Under the pieces are notes generated by a model. It was not told where the DNA came from, made no database searches, and was given only the letters and a program-made list of their open reading frames with translations. Of a DNA stretch of 64,000 bases, positions 12,101 through 22,295 are shown in pieces. Origin of the DNA: a virus. The translations under genes and the position numbers were made by a program. Position 1 is the stretch's first letter, and each line of letters starts with the position of its first letter. The DNA lies in the IMG/VR virus record IMGVR_UViG_3300017917_005108, positions 32,001 to 96,000 of that record; one strand, given 5' to 3'.

Positions 12101-13246
12101 TGCTAAATTATCTAAATTTAGTGAAGTCAGGGAACAATTTAATGCTGATAAATTTCTAAGCTTAAAAGAAGATGGGTAGTTATTAAAATTTATTTCAGTT
12201 ATAGGATTACAAGATACATCAAGTGTTTCAAGTGCAGATAATGCTGATAGACCTATAATAATGTTTAAAGAACTTAAAGAACCAACAGGAGAAGAAAAAT
12301 AATTATAGCCGCCTACATCTAAATACTGTAATGCTGTTAGACCTGTTACATTAAGTGATGTCAGAGGATTGGTATTCAGATACAAGTATTGTAGAGCAGG
12401 TAAATTTATTAGAACAGGATCAGTAATTAAGTTACCATTTGTTAATCCAAGATTATAGTAAGTAATTGGATCGTACCCACGGCGATCACCGAGGTGTAAA
12501 TAACTCAAAGTAGGTATGTTTTGTAATACAAAAGAAGTTAGCTGGTTGTTATTACAGAAAAGATATCGCAAACTGCTCAAAGGCCCAGTAAAATTAAATG
12601 AGCTTAATCTACTAGTGTAATTGGAATAGATGTTATGAGGCCCTAGATTTAAAGATGCAATACCACTAAGAGCTCTGGTATCAGATAGTGTAAAGTCTAA
12701 TACTTTTAATGGTGTTCTACCTATATCTAATGAAAATAAGCTACAATTATTAAATTTAAATGCACTAAGATAAGAGCTGTCTAGATTAAGGTAAGATAAT
12801 TTAGTACCACTTAAATTAACATACTGATATGATCCATTGCGTATGTCTAGACTAAAGAGGTTTTGTAGTCCTATAACTCTGATGCCTGATATACCGCCTG
12901 TCCATGTGTAGAAATTATATAAAGAAGCATTTTCCCTTAGATCTGCTTCAAACAATGTATTGTTCCCTGCTCCATGAAATGTCACCAGGTTAGGAAATAA
13001 TCTGAAATCTAAATATGTAAGAGACTGCTGAAATGGTAGTTCATAAAGTCCGCTGTATAAATCTGTTACTAAAGCCAATCTAGGTGAAGTGTTTTCAATG
13101 TAAAGTGTATTGTTACCGACGTTTAAGCCTTCTTTTTGCACATAATAATCAGTGCCAGAGAGTAAAGGAGGGTATGGTACAAAAAAAGCAGATATACTAC
13201 TTGTTTGATTGTTATTGCTTGCGGTTGCTGCTCTTACCCATGCCAT
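9140..13246 (-). CDS. large LRR protein with MBG/Ig-like and L-type lectin-like domains (putative fibre/adhesin)
   Basis: LxxLxLxxNxLxxL repeats; YTGSPKSV...GSYTVSAV...NYSGS (MBG-like); GEGFCVSL...GGAPGYGL...LGIGFDSTGNF (lectin-like). Confidence 0.7.
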   Translation of the reverse strand: MAWVRAATASNNNQTSSISAFFVPYPPLLSGTDYYVQKEGLNVGNNTLYIENTSPRLALVTDLYSGLYELPFQQSLTYLDFRLFPNLVTFHGAGNNTLFEADLRENASLYNFYTWTGGISGIRVIGLQNLFSLDIRNGSYQYVNLSGTKLSYLNLDSSYLSAFKFNNCSLFSLDIGRTPLKVLDFTLSDTRALSGIASLNLGPHNIYSNYTSRLSSFNFTGPLSSLRYLFCNNNQLTSFVLQNIPTLSYLHLGDRRGYDPITYYNLGLTNGNLITDPVLINLPALQYLYLNTNPLTSLNVTGLTALQYLDVGGYNYFSSPVGSLSSLNIIIGLSALSALETLDVSCNPITEINFNNYPSSFKLRNLSALNCSLTSLNLDNLADSLTALNLFNSQSLSSLDISSLSALKFLDLGATSNLRSLILPAIPNNLENIAFTNSRFITSFNYNTLNNLISLTLNSYSLSSVQLAGLSALKYFNCRTSAPEIDLTKGLSSIDTLVFTGNVHLSAVKTENNYFASLTSITFDSFFFTRYNNSLSAFTLTGAPVLKTIYMDGSPLKNINIKNNPQLNYFYFLSIQSSNKFVDFSNCYNLNQIYYYGPINSIDFTNCTVLSSIFLYYTNLTSLPTLPGTMERINVYYHNISSINFSNYPVLNYLVFGGGDANSITLSNLPNLAYLSLNNNGLTSFDFTGSVNLSSVNISNNRLREINNFTVLHKCSGITEFTANTNQLSSINLSAFSSLIYFQAFTNYLSTINLNYSKNITNLQIQDNNISTLDLTPLTGLEYIHCEYNNLTSINVLTSTKISYEAYVNNNLLDSESIDALFYSLCAGGAYIYDYTNNKTGRSSYSNQQYTHMSTQGVVLYPDEPNNTVSQPVPKISIVQPSLPATLQYTQTLDLSATASYLGNRLQTFYTVLSGPGKTLSPTVSALSGTGTITVLVSSLSTTVFAPATALFDITLTRLDISNFIQFTNTSFVYTGSPKSVSAFSPSYPGVGLLTYYLSSGSFVTPIETGSYTVSAVSVNGNYSGSATTTMTIYPTGFYTLPVSAKSTLIYSTSGFDTRKDIVITFDYAFYGSTTQAGEGFCVSLIGYTPIVSGGAPGYGLNYTNANYLSTNSTGGAAFINYNGLYSGILGIGFDSTGNFGTSSYGVTGLPTSVSNSITLRGGFYDNYQVITRTNSLSSFDNPISIYQQITGTDLPVYRRIRIRFCDLGKRVIVQQKELSARDFSTYLDYNFGDLTPNAVRPCLSYSSGLTAATLKIKNFNINGYFNNDYSTPVEPTTFDSSIQIPISGGVVGYYGVSFASLYQSDILSYDNKYPTDLPLTMDIYINNAFVATVNFDPIYLGQKFTYFKFNTQTNYEGIFAPGSVQVL

Positions 13247-13252
13247 AAAAAA

Positions 13253-16200
13253 TTAGAAAGTTAGTTCTCCTCCGGTTAGAGTTGGCGTATCACCTATTAC
13301 AACAAAAGTGCTGTAATTTAATAAATTAGTTGGATTACTAAAATTGTTGTGTATTGTTCCTATATTTGGTCTATACATACTACTTTGTATATTAGTTAAT
13401 ATACCGTTAAAGTATTTAAAGTCTGTTACAAATGCATAAAACATATTAGTTGTATCTTTGGCAAGATAGGTAATACTATATATATTTGTTTCAGAATTTA
13501 AAGTCATAATAGGCTTGTCTATAGTAATAATATCAATGTTCTGGTTAGTACCTGTTAGACTAAACTGTACTACGTCAAGATAGTTTACATCTGCAAGCTT
13601 TTTGTAAGGGTAGAGCTGTACTAAACTAAATGTGTTTAAATTTAAAGAATATATAACAGGATATATTGATTTAAAGTTTGAAGCACTAGCTATAGGGTGT
13701 AGTGTTGTTTTTGCAAAAATAAGTTCATTATTCTTTTCATCAAACCAAACAGTGGAAAACTTTTCAAATTCTTTATTAATACCTCTTTCTACATAGGTTT
13801 CGTTATTAGAAGGTGTCCTGACATTATTAGTGGAATAATTAAAATCAATTTTATCAAAAATTAAATGATTTTCTGTTTCAACTTGTAATGTATCATAATA
13901 TACATCAAAATTAATAACACAGTTATTAACCTCTTCTCTTATATGTTGAGGGTATTTTATAAAAATGCTTGAAAGTGCAGAAGAAACTGGTTCTATTAGA
14001 GAAGAATTAGAATTTCTCATATAAAAATCTCCATATGTAGAATATCTAGTATTGTAAATAGAAACTTTACCTGAGGAGCCTGTTAAAGTAGGTACATATT
14101 CAGTTTCTCTATTTTGTAGTCTGATATTAAAGAAATTACTAGGTAATGTAAAATCAGGCTCCTGTGTAAATTGATCATTACAGGGAGTAAATTGATCGGT
14201 AAAACTACTTACAACAAAATAATAACCTAGATATTGTGGTAAAGCAGAAGCTGGGGGTTCAAATGTAAATGAAGCTGCATATGCAAATGTGGGTCTATAA
14301 TCAGGTGCAATAGGATTAGCTCCTGCATCTACAAGCTCATCATAAAAAGTTGGTGTTACATTAGGTACAAATGAGGGGTTATCAGTGCAGGGATCAACTA
14401 ATAAAGTTCCATTTGGTGAGATAAAAGAAAATCCGTCTTTAACATAGCAAATAATTGTAGTTTTAACTATTTCTGAACAAAATCTTTCTGGTTGAAATGC
14501 ATAGGATGCAATGTTATAAGGTGAACCAGAAAGAGCAAATTCTGGTATACCGTCTGTGTACTGTGTTGCTGAAAGCGGTGATATTGCAGTAAGAGATCCA
14601 GAATAAACAAAATAACCTGATCCTGGAGGATAGTTATTAGTTGTTCTTAATATAACACCAGAATAATTTTTTAAAGCATTAATTTCTGTATAATCAAAAT
14701 TAAATCCTGATACAACATCATAAAAAACATGTCCATCTATTATTAAACAATCTTTATCTGTTAAAAGACTACCACTATTTGAGTATGCAGATAAAATACC
14801 GGAAGTGTTTTTAAAGTCACCAGTAATTTTGTATAAACCATAATCATTACCATAGACATCTGATTTAAATTGAACTAATGTTTTGTTAAGTGAAAGTAAT
14901 TTTTCAAGTCTTAAATCTATTGGGTATTGGTTAACAGGGTGGAGAGGATATATATCATCATTTGCCCAAGTATCTTTTTTATAATTTTTAAAAAATTCTT
15001 GAGGGTCTATATATCTAGATAATCCTTGATTAGAAAATGTTATGCTTTGCTCTCTGCTTTGATATCCTCTAAAAGTATGTAATAGAGGGTCACTTTTAAC
15101 ATCGCCGAATTTATAGCCGTTTGTATAATCTATTTGAGTAAAGCTATTATCTTCTATAAAAATTAAGGGTGACTCTTGATCTTGCTGTGTATTACCTGAG
15201 ATATTTCCAAATTTACTTGGATCTGGAAAAATATAAACAGTGTTGGGTGTTAAAGTAGAAACACTTACTGTTGAAGTAAAATTAAAATTATAAAAATTAA
15301 GTAGCCCTAATTTATCTGGTTTAAAAAACAATCCTTGTGCTTTTGGTGTTTTTAAAAGACTTTCTTCGGGTACAAATGCTACAGTTGGAGAAGTTTTATT
15401 TAAATAGTTTGCAAATGGGCTCTCTGCTTTAAATAAAATACCAGAGGTAATATTTGTAACTGTATTTCCGGTTGATACATAATAAAAATCTGTACCCATG
15501 TATTTTTTTGTAACTTCTTTAAGTAAGCTTAGCCTTAAATTATTTTGACTATTATTGTTTATATTATTAATAAAGTCTCTATCTTTAAGAAAGTTTAATT
15601 GGGTTGAATTAATTGTTGGTGTAATAGAGAAATTATTTGTACCTAATTCAACTAAAAAGAATGGGTAGCTTGTGATTGCATTTACTATAGATTTGTCAAA
15701 ATTTAAATAATAATTTGCATCTATATCTAGTAAATTAAGAACAAATTCAGTATTTCGTAATCCTGTTGCCCCGTAGGCTGATGCGGGTAAAGTACCTAAA
15801 TCAAAATAGCTAGAATTATTATCATATAGTTCTTCTAACTCTACTATTATGTTATTTCTTACTGCAGAGGGAGTAATATTTAGAGTTTGAATTAGTTCAG
15901 TTAAATCTTGTGCTTCTAAACTTTTTGATATTTCATTGTAGATTAGTTTTTCTACGCCGTATATACTACCCTTTAGGTTATACTCAACAGCGCTAAACTT
16001 TGCTTTATCACGTAAAGTAGAGAAATATATACAAATATCCTTTATTTTTTTAGCAAAAAATGGAACTGCAATAGCTAAGTCTCTAGGGCTGTTTTTATCT
16101 ATATTTTGTAAGAATCTTCTTTCATCAATAGATGAATAATTTAAAACTATTTCTGTTATAAAGTCTTTATATAATTCGGTAATAGCATCAGAAGATGCTT

Positions 16201-16411
16201 GAGGCGCATAATCTTTAGCTTCAAACCAATTATTAAGATAATTGTTATATCTTTGAAATAATTCTTCTGTACTTAGGGATAAGGTACCGTTATATTTTAA
16301 CCAGTCTATAAATGATATAGGTGTTGTTCTATCAATTGGAAATTCAACTAATGTGTCTTTAGTAATAGAATTATCTAATTTTTCATCTACAAATCTATTA
16401 ACATCTGGCAT
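13253..16411 (-). CDS. putative baseplate-associated structural protein
   Basis: 1052 aa, downstream of gp25/gp6, YNLKGSIYGVE resembles wedge (gp7-like) motif; late promoter. Confidence 0.5.
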   Translation of the reverse strand: MPDVNRFVDEKLDNSITKDTLVEFPIDRTTPISFIDWLKYNGTLSLSTEELFQRYNNYLNNWFEAKDYAPQASSDAITELYKDFITEIVLNYSSIDERRFLQNIDKNSPRDLAIAVPFFAKKIKDICIYFSTLRDKAKFSAVEYNLKGSIYGVEKLIYNEISKSLEAQDLTELIQTLNITPSAVRNNIIVELEELYDNNSSYFDLGTLPASAYGATGLRNTEFVLNLLDIDANYYLNFDKSIVNAITSYPFFLVELGTNNFSITPTINSTQLNFLKDRDFINNINNNSQNNLRLSLLKEVTKKYMGTDFYYVSTGNTVTNITSGILFKAESPFANYLNKTSPTVAFVPEESLLKTPKAQGLFFKPDKLGLLNFYNFNFTSTVSVSTLTPNTVYIFPDPSKFGNISGNTQQDQESPLIFIEDNSFTQIDYTNGYKFGDVKSDPLLHTFRGYQSREQSITFSNQGLSRYIDPQEFFKNYKKDTWANDDIYPLHPVNQYPIDLRLEKLLSLNKTLVQFKSDVYGNDYGLYKITGDFKNTSGILSAYSNSGSLLTDKDCLIIDGHVFYDVVSGFNFDYTEINALKNYSGVILRTTNNYPPGSGYFVYSGSLTAISPLSATQYTDGIPEFALSGSPYNIASYAFQPERFCSEIVKTTIICYVKDGFSFISPNGTLLVDPCTDNPSFVPNVTPTFYDELVDAGANPIAPDYRPTFAYAASFTFEPPASALPQYLGYYFVVSSFTDQFTPCNDQFTQEPDFTLPSNFFNIRLQNRETEYVPTLTGSSGKVSIYNTRYSTYGDFYMRNSNSSLIEPVSSALSSIFIKYPQHIREEVNNCVINFDVYYDTLQVETENHLIFDKIDFNYSTNNVRTPSNNETYVERGINKEFEKFSTVWFDEKNNELIFAKTTLHPIASASNFKSIYPVIYSLNLNTFSLVQLYPYKKLADVNYLDVVQFSLTGTNQNIDIITIDKPIMTLNSETNIYSITYLAKDTTNMFYAFVTDFKYFNGILTNIQSSMYRPNIGTIHNNFSNPTNLLNYSTFVVIGDTPTLTGGELTF

Positions 16412-16419
16412 TGAATTAT

Positions 16420-19400
16420 TTAATTATTGTATACAATATCAACAGTATTAGTAAATAGCTTTAAGCCTTTAGTTAGCTCATAACTTAAAATATTTTGCAT
16501 GATTCCGTTATTCTTTGACCAGTCTTTATAAGAGCTTAATGTGGGAGACAGTAGATTAATTGGGTCATTCCAATTTAAAATATTGTTATAGAAAGAGTTT
16601 TCAGTAATATCATTAAATTGATAGAAGGAATAATAATTTTTAATATTTATACCAGTAAGACTCTTAGGCGCTACTAAGCCCCAGCCCCAGTCATACGTGT
16701 ATGAACTTAAAGGTAATATATCTCCTAAATTATAGCCTTTGATATTAGATGTGTTTACTATTGTATAAAGGTCAGAGAAGAGCTCTAAAGCTACTATAGA
16801 TTTTCCAGAAATAATAGTACCTGACAATACATTTATTTGATTGCCTAAATTTATTCCATATTTTGAGCTATTAATATATCCTTTTTTATCAAAATTTCTA
16901 TTAAACGTATTTCTATCACCCCAAAGTATTTTGTGTTTTATTGATAAAAGATCTACAAGTCTTCTTAATTGAGGTGGAAAGGGATAATTATATTCCTCAA
17001 ACTGTAGACTTAACTCATCGCAAAAAGATAGAAGTTTATCTAAATTGCATTTATCTATATCTGAGTTGTTGGAAACAAAGTTTGCTGTTTTTTCATATAC
17101 TACTTTTCCCAACTCATAAGGTTGAGCACTAATGCTGCCTACTATTGTGCTTAAAAAATTATCAAAAAACATTTTTTTATTAAAAAGAACTTCTTGATAT
17201 CTTAAATCTTTATAAAAATTACCAGCATCAAAATCTTCATTTATTTTTGTAACGTTATATTTACCGGTAGAAGGATATACGTTAAAAAGCGCAGACTCGC
17301 CAGATAGATATCTTGTAACATTAAAAGGAACCATATATTTGTTAATCCATCTTGATCCAATCCAATCACCGTAGGCCTGGAATATTCTTTCTTGGAAAGC
17401 AGATACGGGATTAGATGTTGAATCTGGAGGAAACTCTAAAGTAATACTGTCAACACCTGCAATAGAAGACATGCTTTCGTTAGTAGTGTCAACATAATAC
17501 AATTTGTTTTCAAAATTGTTTATTACCCAAAGATAATTTGCAGTATCACATGCAATACCACCTATACTACCTATATAGTTTGTTGTGTTAACACCGGAAC
17601 CGCCAGGAAAAGAAGTAACTTTTTGAGGATTATTTGCATCTAGCTTTATTATTGTTTCTCTATCATTAACAACATAAGCATTTTGTGCACCATCAACAGT
17701 TATATTGCCTGCTAGTCTAAACCCTGTAAGAGGATATCCTGTGAGAAGGTTACCGTCTTTATCAAACTTATATACAAAATCATTTTTACCTGTTAAAGAA
17801 ACAGAAGGTGAAACAGGATAATTCATATTTAAAGTAGTAAGCCATACATAATTGTTTCTATCAACACAAATTTCTACCGGGGATATTAAACTTGGAAATG
17901 GTATTACTTTTATAAAATTACCTGTATCATCAAATTTAAATAAAAAGTTTGATATTGGATGTGTATAAGCAACCCATATATTATTTTGTGTATCGGTATC
18001 TATAGATGCAGGTAGTAAAGTATTTTCACCAGCAAATCCACTTAGGGGAGCTAAATTGTAATCAGAACTTAAAGCATACACCAGATTTTTATACATAGGT
18101 ACAGCAACAGATTTTGCTTGTCCTGTATATCTATCAATTTTTATTGATGAGACTGCATCAAAAAGTGTAAACCATACATCGCTATTACCGTCCATAACAA
18201 TACTCGCAGGAGCAGCGCTAGATAGTTCTGTTGATCTAAGATCAACATAGTAGGTAGAGTTGTATCCTGAAAAAGGATATGAAGATAAATTAAATGCAGA
18301 GAGAATTCCGCCGTAAATATCAATTTTATAAATTTTATCTGCTTGTCCGTCTGCTACCCATGTTCTATAGTCTTCACCAAACCCTGCTCCAGATGGTGCA
18401 ACTTGAAATGAATAGCTTTCAACACTTCCAGGTGTATCATAATCTGATACATAGGCTGAAAGAAACTCTTCCATTGTACCATCACAGTAATTAAAGTTTC
18501 TAGTTTTAAAAATACGTTTTACCTTGAAGTATTGTGGCATAGATACCCATCCTACTAAACTATCTTTAGGAAAGTTTACCGGGTCAACAACAGTCATGCC
18601 AGCAGTTAATAATAAATTCTCACTGCTAATATGAGGAATAAAATATCCTTTATAAAATCCACCAATGCTTCTTGGTATATCAACAGAAAAATCACTATAA
18701 AAGCTTACTGCAGATATACAGGTGCGAGTTAAGTCATTATTTTGCTTTACTAAGCTTATGGCTAAATCATAAGAAGTGACATTTTGCGCAAGAGTTTCAA
18801 TTGTAGATGATGATAGAGGTGGATATGTTTTTGTAGTATAATTTTCAAAATCTTTCATTCTAATAACAAAAGGTATCTCAGTATACTGCCAACTAATTTC
18901 AGGAATGTTAAAGTTAGTTGCTGACAAAGCACCTTCGCCATCAATACCATTGGAAGTAATGCTCAGTCTACCTGCAGAATTATGTCTAACTTTAATAATA
19001 GGTAGACATGCGGGGTCTAGTTGCTGAAAACCGTAAGGCGGATATCCAACGTAGTCTTGTATGCTAGTAACCATGGAGTATGCATCTTTAAATTTTGCAT
19101 TGTCAAAAGTAGCAAAAATTAAAATTGGCGGTTCTCTTGTAGTGTAATTTTTTGTTCTATCATCAACATAATAAAATTCTGCATATCCGGTGGTACCGGC
19201 AAACCTAGATCCAGTGTCATTCTCTTGACACTGTTGAATATTGTTATTAACTATGTTTGCGTATATTTTTGTATCTTTTGTTATCACTTTATCAACTATT
19301 ACAAATTCATCAAAATCTCCTATTTTTTGAACTTCATAAAGTCGTGACAAACTTCTTAAATGACTCCATTTGTCTCTAATAAAAGAATTATAATCAATAT

Positions 19401-19893
19401 AGTCTCCAGCTGCTCCAGAAGCATAAAGATTTAATGTATATCCTTCTGCACTTAAAGCTCTATAGGACTGCCAACTATTTTGACGTTGTATTGTGAGAGG
19501 CTCTATAATTCTACTAGCTGGTACGTCATATATAAAACGTTTAAAATCTTTGAACCCTAATTTATCTGCAACAAAGTCGTAAATTGCAATGGTTGGTTGA
19601 TAACTAGAATCGTATGCATTACCATAGCTGTCAAATATAACAAGCTTCGGTTTATAAAAACCGGGGAATTTATAATGATGAGTAGCTGTTAAATCGTTTG
19701 AGTAAGTTCCATCACCAAAATGCCATTCAATTTTTTTATTACTAATAACTGTAGATCCGGTTAATAATGGAGAAGAAGTAAAATCAGGAATAAAAGTTAT
19801 AGGTGTTATATCAAGAGAATATGAAGAAAGGGTATTATTTCCTGAGTAATCTCTAGTATAAAAATAGAGATATGTGTAGTTTAAAGATTCCAT
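16420..19893 (-). CDS. putative baseplate wedge protein (PKD-like + beta-propeller + P2-I/gp7-like region)
   Basis: WHFGDG...HHYKFPG (PKD); DxxxNIWV propeller repeats; coupled to gp6 by TAATG. Confidence 0.55.
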   Translation of the reverse strand: MESLNYTYLYFYTRDYSGNNTLSSYSLDITPITFIPDFTSSPLLTGSTVISNKKIEWHFGDGTYSNDLTATHHYKFPGFYKPKLVIFDSYGNAYDSSYQPTIAIYDFVADKLGFKDFKRFIYDVPASRIIEPLTIQRQNSWQSYRALSAEGYTLNLYASGAAGDYIDYNSFIRDKWSHLRSLSRLYEVQKIGDFDEFVIVDKVITKDTKIYANIVNNNIQQCQENDTGSRFAGTTGYAEFYYVDDRTKNYTTREPPILIFATFDNAKFKDAYSMVTSIQDYVGYPPYGFQQLDPACLPIIKVRHNSAGRLSITSNGIDGEGALSATNFNIPEISWQYTEIPFVIRMKDFENYTTKTYPPLSSSTIETLAQNVTSYDLAISLVKQNNDLTRTCISAVSFYSDFSVDIPRSIGGFYKGYFIPHISSENLLLTAGMTVVDPVNFPKDSLVGWVSMPQYFKVKRIFKTRNFNYCDGTMEEFLSAYVSDYDTPGSVESYSFQVAPSGAGFGEDYRTWVADGQADKIYKIDIYGGILSAFNLSSYPFSGYNSTYYVDLRSTELSSAAPASIVMDGNSDVWFTLFDAVSSIKIDRYTGQAKSVAVPMYKNLVYALSSDYNLAPLSGFAGENTLLPASIDTDTQNNIWVAYTHPISNFLFKFDDTGNFIKVIPFPSLISPVEICVDRNNYVWLTTLNMNYPVSPSVSLTGKNDFVYKFDKDGNLLTGYPLTGFRLAGNITVDGAQNAYVVNDRETIIKLDANNPQKVTSFPGGSGVNTTNYIGSIGGIACDTANYLWVINNFENKLYYVDTTNESMSSIAGVDSITLEFPPDSTSNPVSAFQERIFQAYGDWIGSRWINKYMVPFNVTRYLSGESALFNVYPSTGKYNVTKINEDFDAGNFYKDLRYQEVLFNKKMFFDNFLSTIVGSISAQPYELGKVVYEKTANFVSNNSDIDKCNLDKLLSFCDELSLQFEEYNYPFPPQLRRLVDLLSIKHKILWGDRNTFNRNFDKKGYINSSKYGINLGNQINVLSGTIISGKSIVALELFSDLYTIVNTSNIKGYNLGDILPLSSYTYDWGWGLVAPKSLTGINIKNYYSFYQFNDITENSFYNNILNWNDPINLLSPTLSSYKDWSKNNGIMQNILSYELTKGLKLFTNTVDIVYNN

Positions 19894-21755
19894 TAGAACT
19901 CTCTTTCAAAATACTGAATGGAAGGGGTTATAACATTTATTTTGTTTATAAAATCTAATTGATTATTTAAAAATGGAAATTTAAAAAATGGCAGTGCAGT
20001 GTCTTGTGTGATAATCTGTATATCATCATAAGGATACACTGGGTTATATACTAGTAAGCTAACCCCTGGTGTTTCTATTTGATTACCATCTATATTTTTT
20101 ACTGTTTTAATATCCTGTACTCCTTCAATTGCTCTTATTTGATTTGTAATGTCGGTTAGTGATATAGATAATCCAAGATTATCTTTTGTAGTTGAAAAAT
20201 AATTTTGAAATATTTGACTTATTTGTTTTTTAATAGTTTCAGGATTTCTTTTAGCTGTTACTGTGCGTGTTATCTGTAAAAAGGTATTATTAGATAACTC
20301 CGGAGTTAATTCTTCACCGGAAGCTCTTAGACCTAAATCAACTAATACATAAACTGGATCAGTTACAACTAATTCAGCTGTTGCAAGTTTTACATTATTT
20401 AAATCATTTGTAATTAATTGCTTTTGTGCACTATTTAAGTAATTAGCTCTCGTGGTTAGTGAGGTAAGTTTTTCTAATTTTGGTACAGCATATATATAAA
20501 TGTTATTAAAATTACAAGTATCTGAAAACTTTACTTGGTTAAACAATACTCTCGATTCAATATCAGGTTTTTCAACACCAATATCAAAATAATATTTTAT
20601 ATGCTGGCTTAAAAAATCCCAGTTGTTGACAACTTTTACAGATGCTAAAATATTGCTATAGTTTTTAAGAAGATAATTAGTGAAGTCTTCTGAAGTTATA
20701 AGTCTATACTGACTTTTAAAGGTATTAATAGCATTTTGTTTGATGCTAGTTACAGATTCAGCTTCAACAAAATTAGTTGAGGGCTCGGGGTTAGAGAATG
20801 TTAGATAACCTGCTTGTGTTTGAGTTATTAACGTGAGATTTAAAGGAGTAGTATCAATCTGTATTTGTGAAAATCTTGAAGTATTATAAAAAAACAATTG
20901 ATTATTATCAAGCAAGCTATTGCTTATCTGTCCAGATGTTCCATCTGATTTTAGATAATAAATAGCAATTTCATCATTAGCATTAAGCATTTTACCGTTA
21001 ATGTTATTTCCAAATTTTATTTCATACCTGCCATTTTCGTTTAAACGAATTTCATATTTTAATGCATTTGATCTTTCTAAGAATAAAGATGCAGTTGGTT
21101 CATATTTAGCCCATTTTGGATTTTCTATAGTATTATCTTTTACGTAAACATCAACATTAAAATGATCAATTATTGTATTATTATTAGTTGAATCAACAGT
21201 AGTCATAGTAACTACTTCAAAAGGTTCTCCAGTAGCTATATAAGTTGGATATTCAGTATATGTGCCTTGATATAGTAAATACTGAGAAGAAAAATCTTCT
21301 AATACTTCTGTACCTGAAGTTGCTTTAGTAAATGAAATATCATTATTAAATGAGTAGTTTACTCCATTAACAGTAAAATAAGAATATCTTGGTATGGTAT
21401 ATGTTTCAGGTACTAATTGATCGGATGCTGTAGCTATAAATGGTAAAATAGCAGTTTGATAGCCTGTGGGGTTATAATTTATTAATTTTACAATTTTATT
21501 AATATTTTCATATAGCTCAGCGTTTGTAAAAGTGGCTTCTGAACTTGTTCTGTTGAGATAAAAAAGCAGTACATGATATGCATACGCAATTATATCAATT
21601 ATGGAAGATATATTGCTACCTTCAAAATTTTGATCAGTAAAAACAGTATTACTGTTTAGTCTTTTTATAATTAAATTTTTTAAAGAAAGAGCATCAAATG
21701 CAGCGTAGCCATCTACATTCAAATTAAAGTTGTTAAATGTGTTCTGTGTTGCCAT
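19893..21755 (-). CDS. gp6: baseplate wedge subunit gp6-like
   Basis: FTDQNFEGSNISSIIDIIAY, YEIKFGNNINGK, QYRLITSEDF motifs. Confidence 0.88.
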   Translation of the reverse strand: MATQNTFNNFNLNVDGYAAFDALSLKNLIIKRLNSNTVFTDQNFEGSNISSIIDIIAYAYHVLLFYLNRTSSEATFTNAELYENINKIVKLINYNPTGYQTAILPFIATASDQLVPETYTIPRYSYFTVNGVNYSFNNDISFTKATSGTEVLEDFSSQYLLYQGTYTEYPTYIATGEPFEVVTMTTVDSTNNNTIIDHFNVDVYVKDNTIENPKWAKYEPTASLFLERSNALKYEIRLNENGRYEIKFGNNINGKMLNANDEIAIYYLKSDGTSGQISNSLLDNNQLFFYNTSRFSQIQIDTTPLNLTLITQTQAGYLTFSNPEPSTNFVEAESVTSIKQNAINTFKSQYRLITSEDFTNYLLKNYSNILASVKVVNNWDFLSQHIKYYFDIGVEKPDIESRVLFNQVKFSDTCNFNNIYIYAVPKLEKLTSLTTRANYLNSAQKQLITNDLNNVKLATAELVVTDPVYVLVDLGLRASGEELTPELSNNTFLQITRTVTAKRNPETIKKQISQIFQNYFSTTKDNLGLSISLTDITNQIRAIEGVQDIKTVKNIDGNQIETPGVSLLVYNPVYPYDDIQIITQDTALPFFKFPFLNNQLDFINKINVITPSIQYFEREF

Positions 21756-21756
21756 A

Positions 21757-22236
21757 TTAATTATTAAAATAGAATCCAGAATTACTTAATGTTCCAATCA
21801 GTCTGAACGAAGAGTTTATAATTCTAGGAACAGTTATTGTTAAAGTTATTATGTATTCTTGTTTGTCTACATTTACCACAACATCAACATTATTAACTGT
21901 TACTCTTGGTTCAAATTTATTAATGCCTTCTACTATTTCTTGACCTATAAGATAGCCATTGTTCTGGCTAACTGGCTCAAACAAGTATTGAGCTAAATTA
22001 AGACCATAAACAGGGTTCAACAGCTTTTGACCGGGTATAGTAGTAAAAAGGTTGTAAATACTGTTTCTTATTGCATCATAGTCTAGGCTATTTACAGAAT
22101 CCTTAATTTCTTTATTTTTAAGTAGTTCGTTGTTTCTTGTATAGTCAAACTCTAAATCTAATGTTATGTCTGAATACGTAAATCCTTGGTATGTTTCAAC
22201 TGGTTTTCTTATTGATTTTACATTAATAGAGGCCAC
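21757..22236 (-). CDS. gp25: baseplate wedge subunit gp25-like
   Basis: AIRNSIYNLFTTIPGQKLLNPVYG...LFEP...FEPRV; GTG start. Confidence 0.9.
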   Translation of the reverse strand: MASINVKSIRKPVETYQGFTYSDITLDLEFDYTRNNELLKNKEIKDSVNSLDYDAIRNSIYNLFTTIPGQKLLNPVYGLNLAQYLFEPVSQNNGYLIGQEIVEGINKFEPRVTVNNVDVVVNVDKQEYIITLTITVPRIINSSFRLIGTLSNSGFYFNN

Positions 22237-22295
22237 AAAATTATTTATTATAAAAATTAAATAAGAAACTCATATTGAATAAGATAAATATTTCT

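Noticed and set aside
2241-13246. Diversity-generating retroelement or invertase shufflon acting on the adhesins
   Set aside because: No reverse transcriptase, recombinase, adenine-mismatched repeat pair or inverted crossover sites seen in the window
7563-13246. Giant (eukaryotic) virus origin suggested by RCC1, LRR, RFC-like and NRS/ER genes
   Set aside because: Sheath, tube, baseplate, gp17, gp41, gp61, gp32 and bacterial-type promoters identify a T4-like bacteriophage
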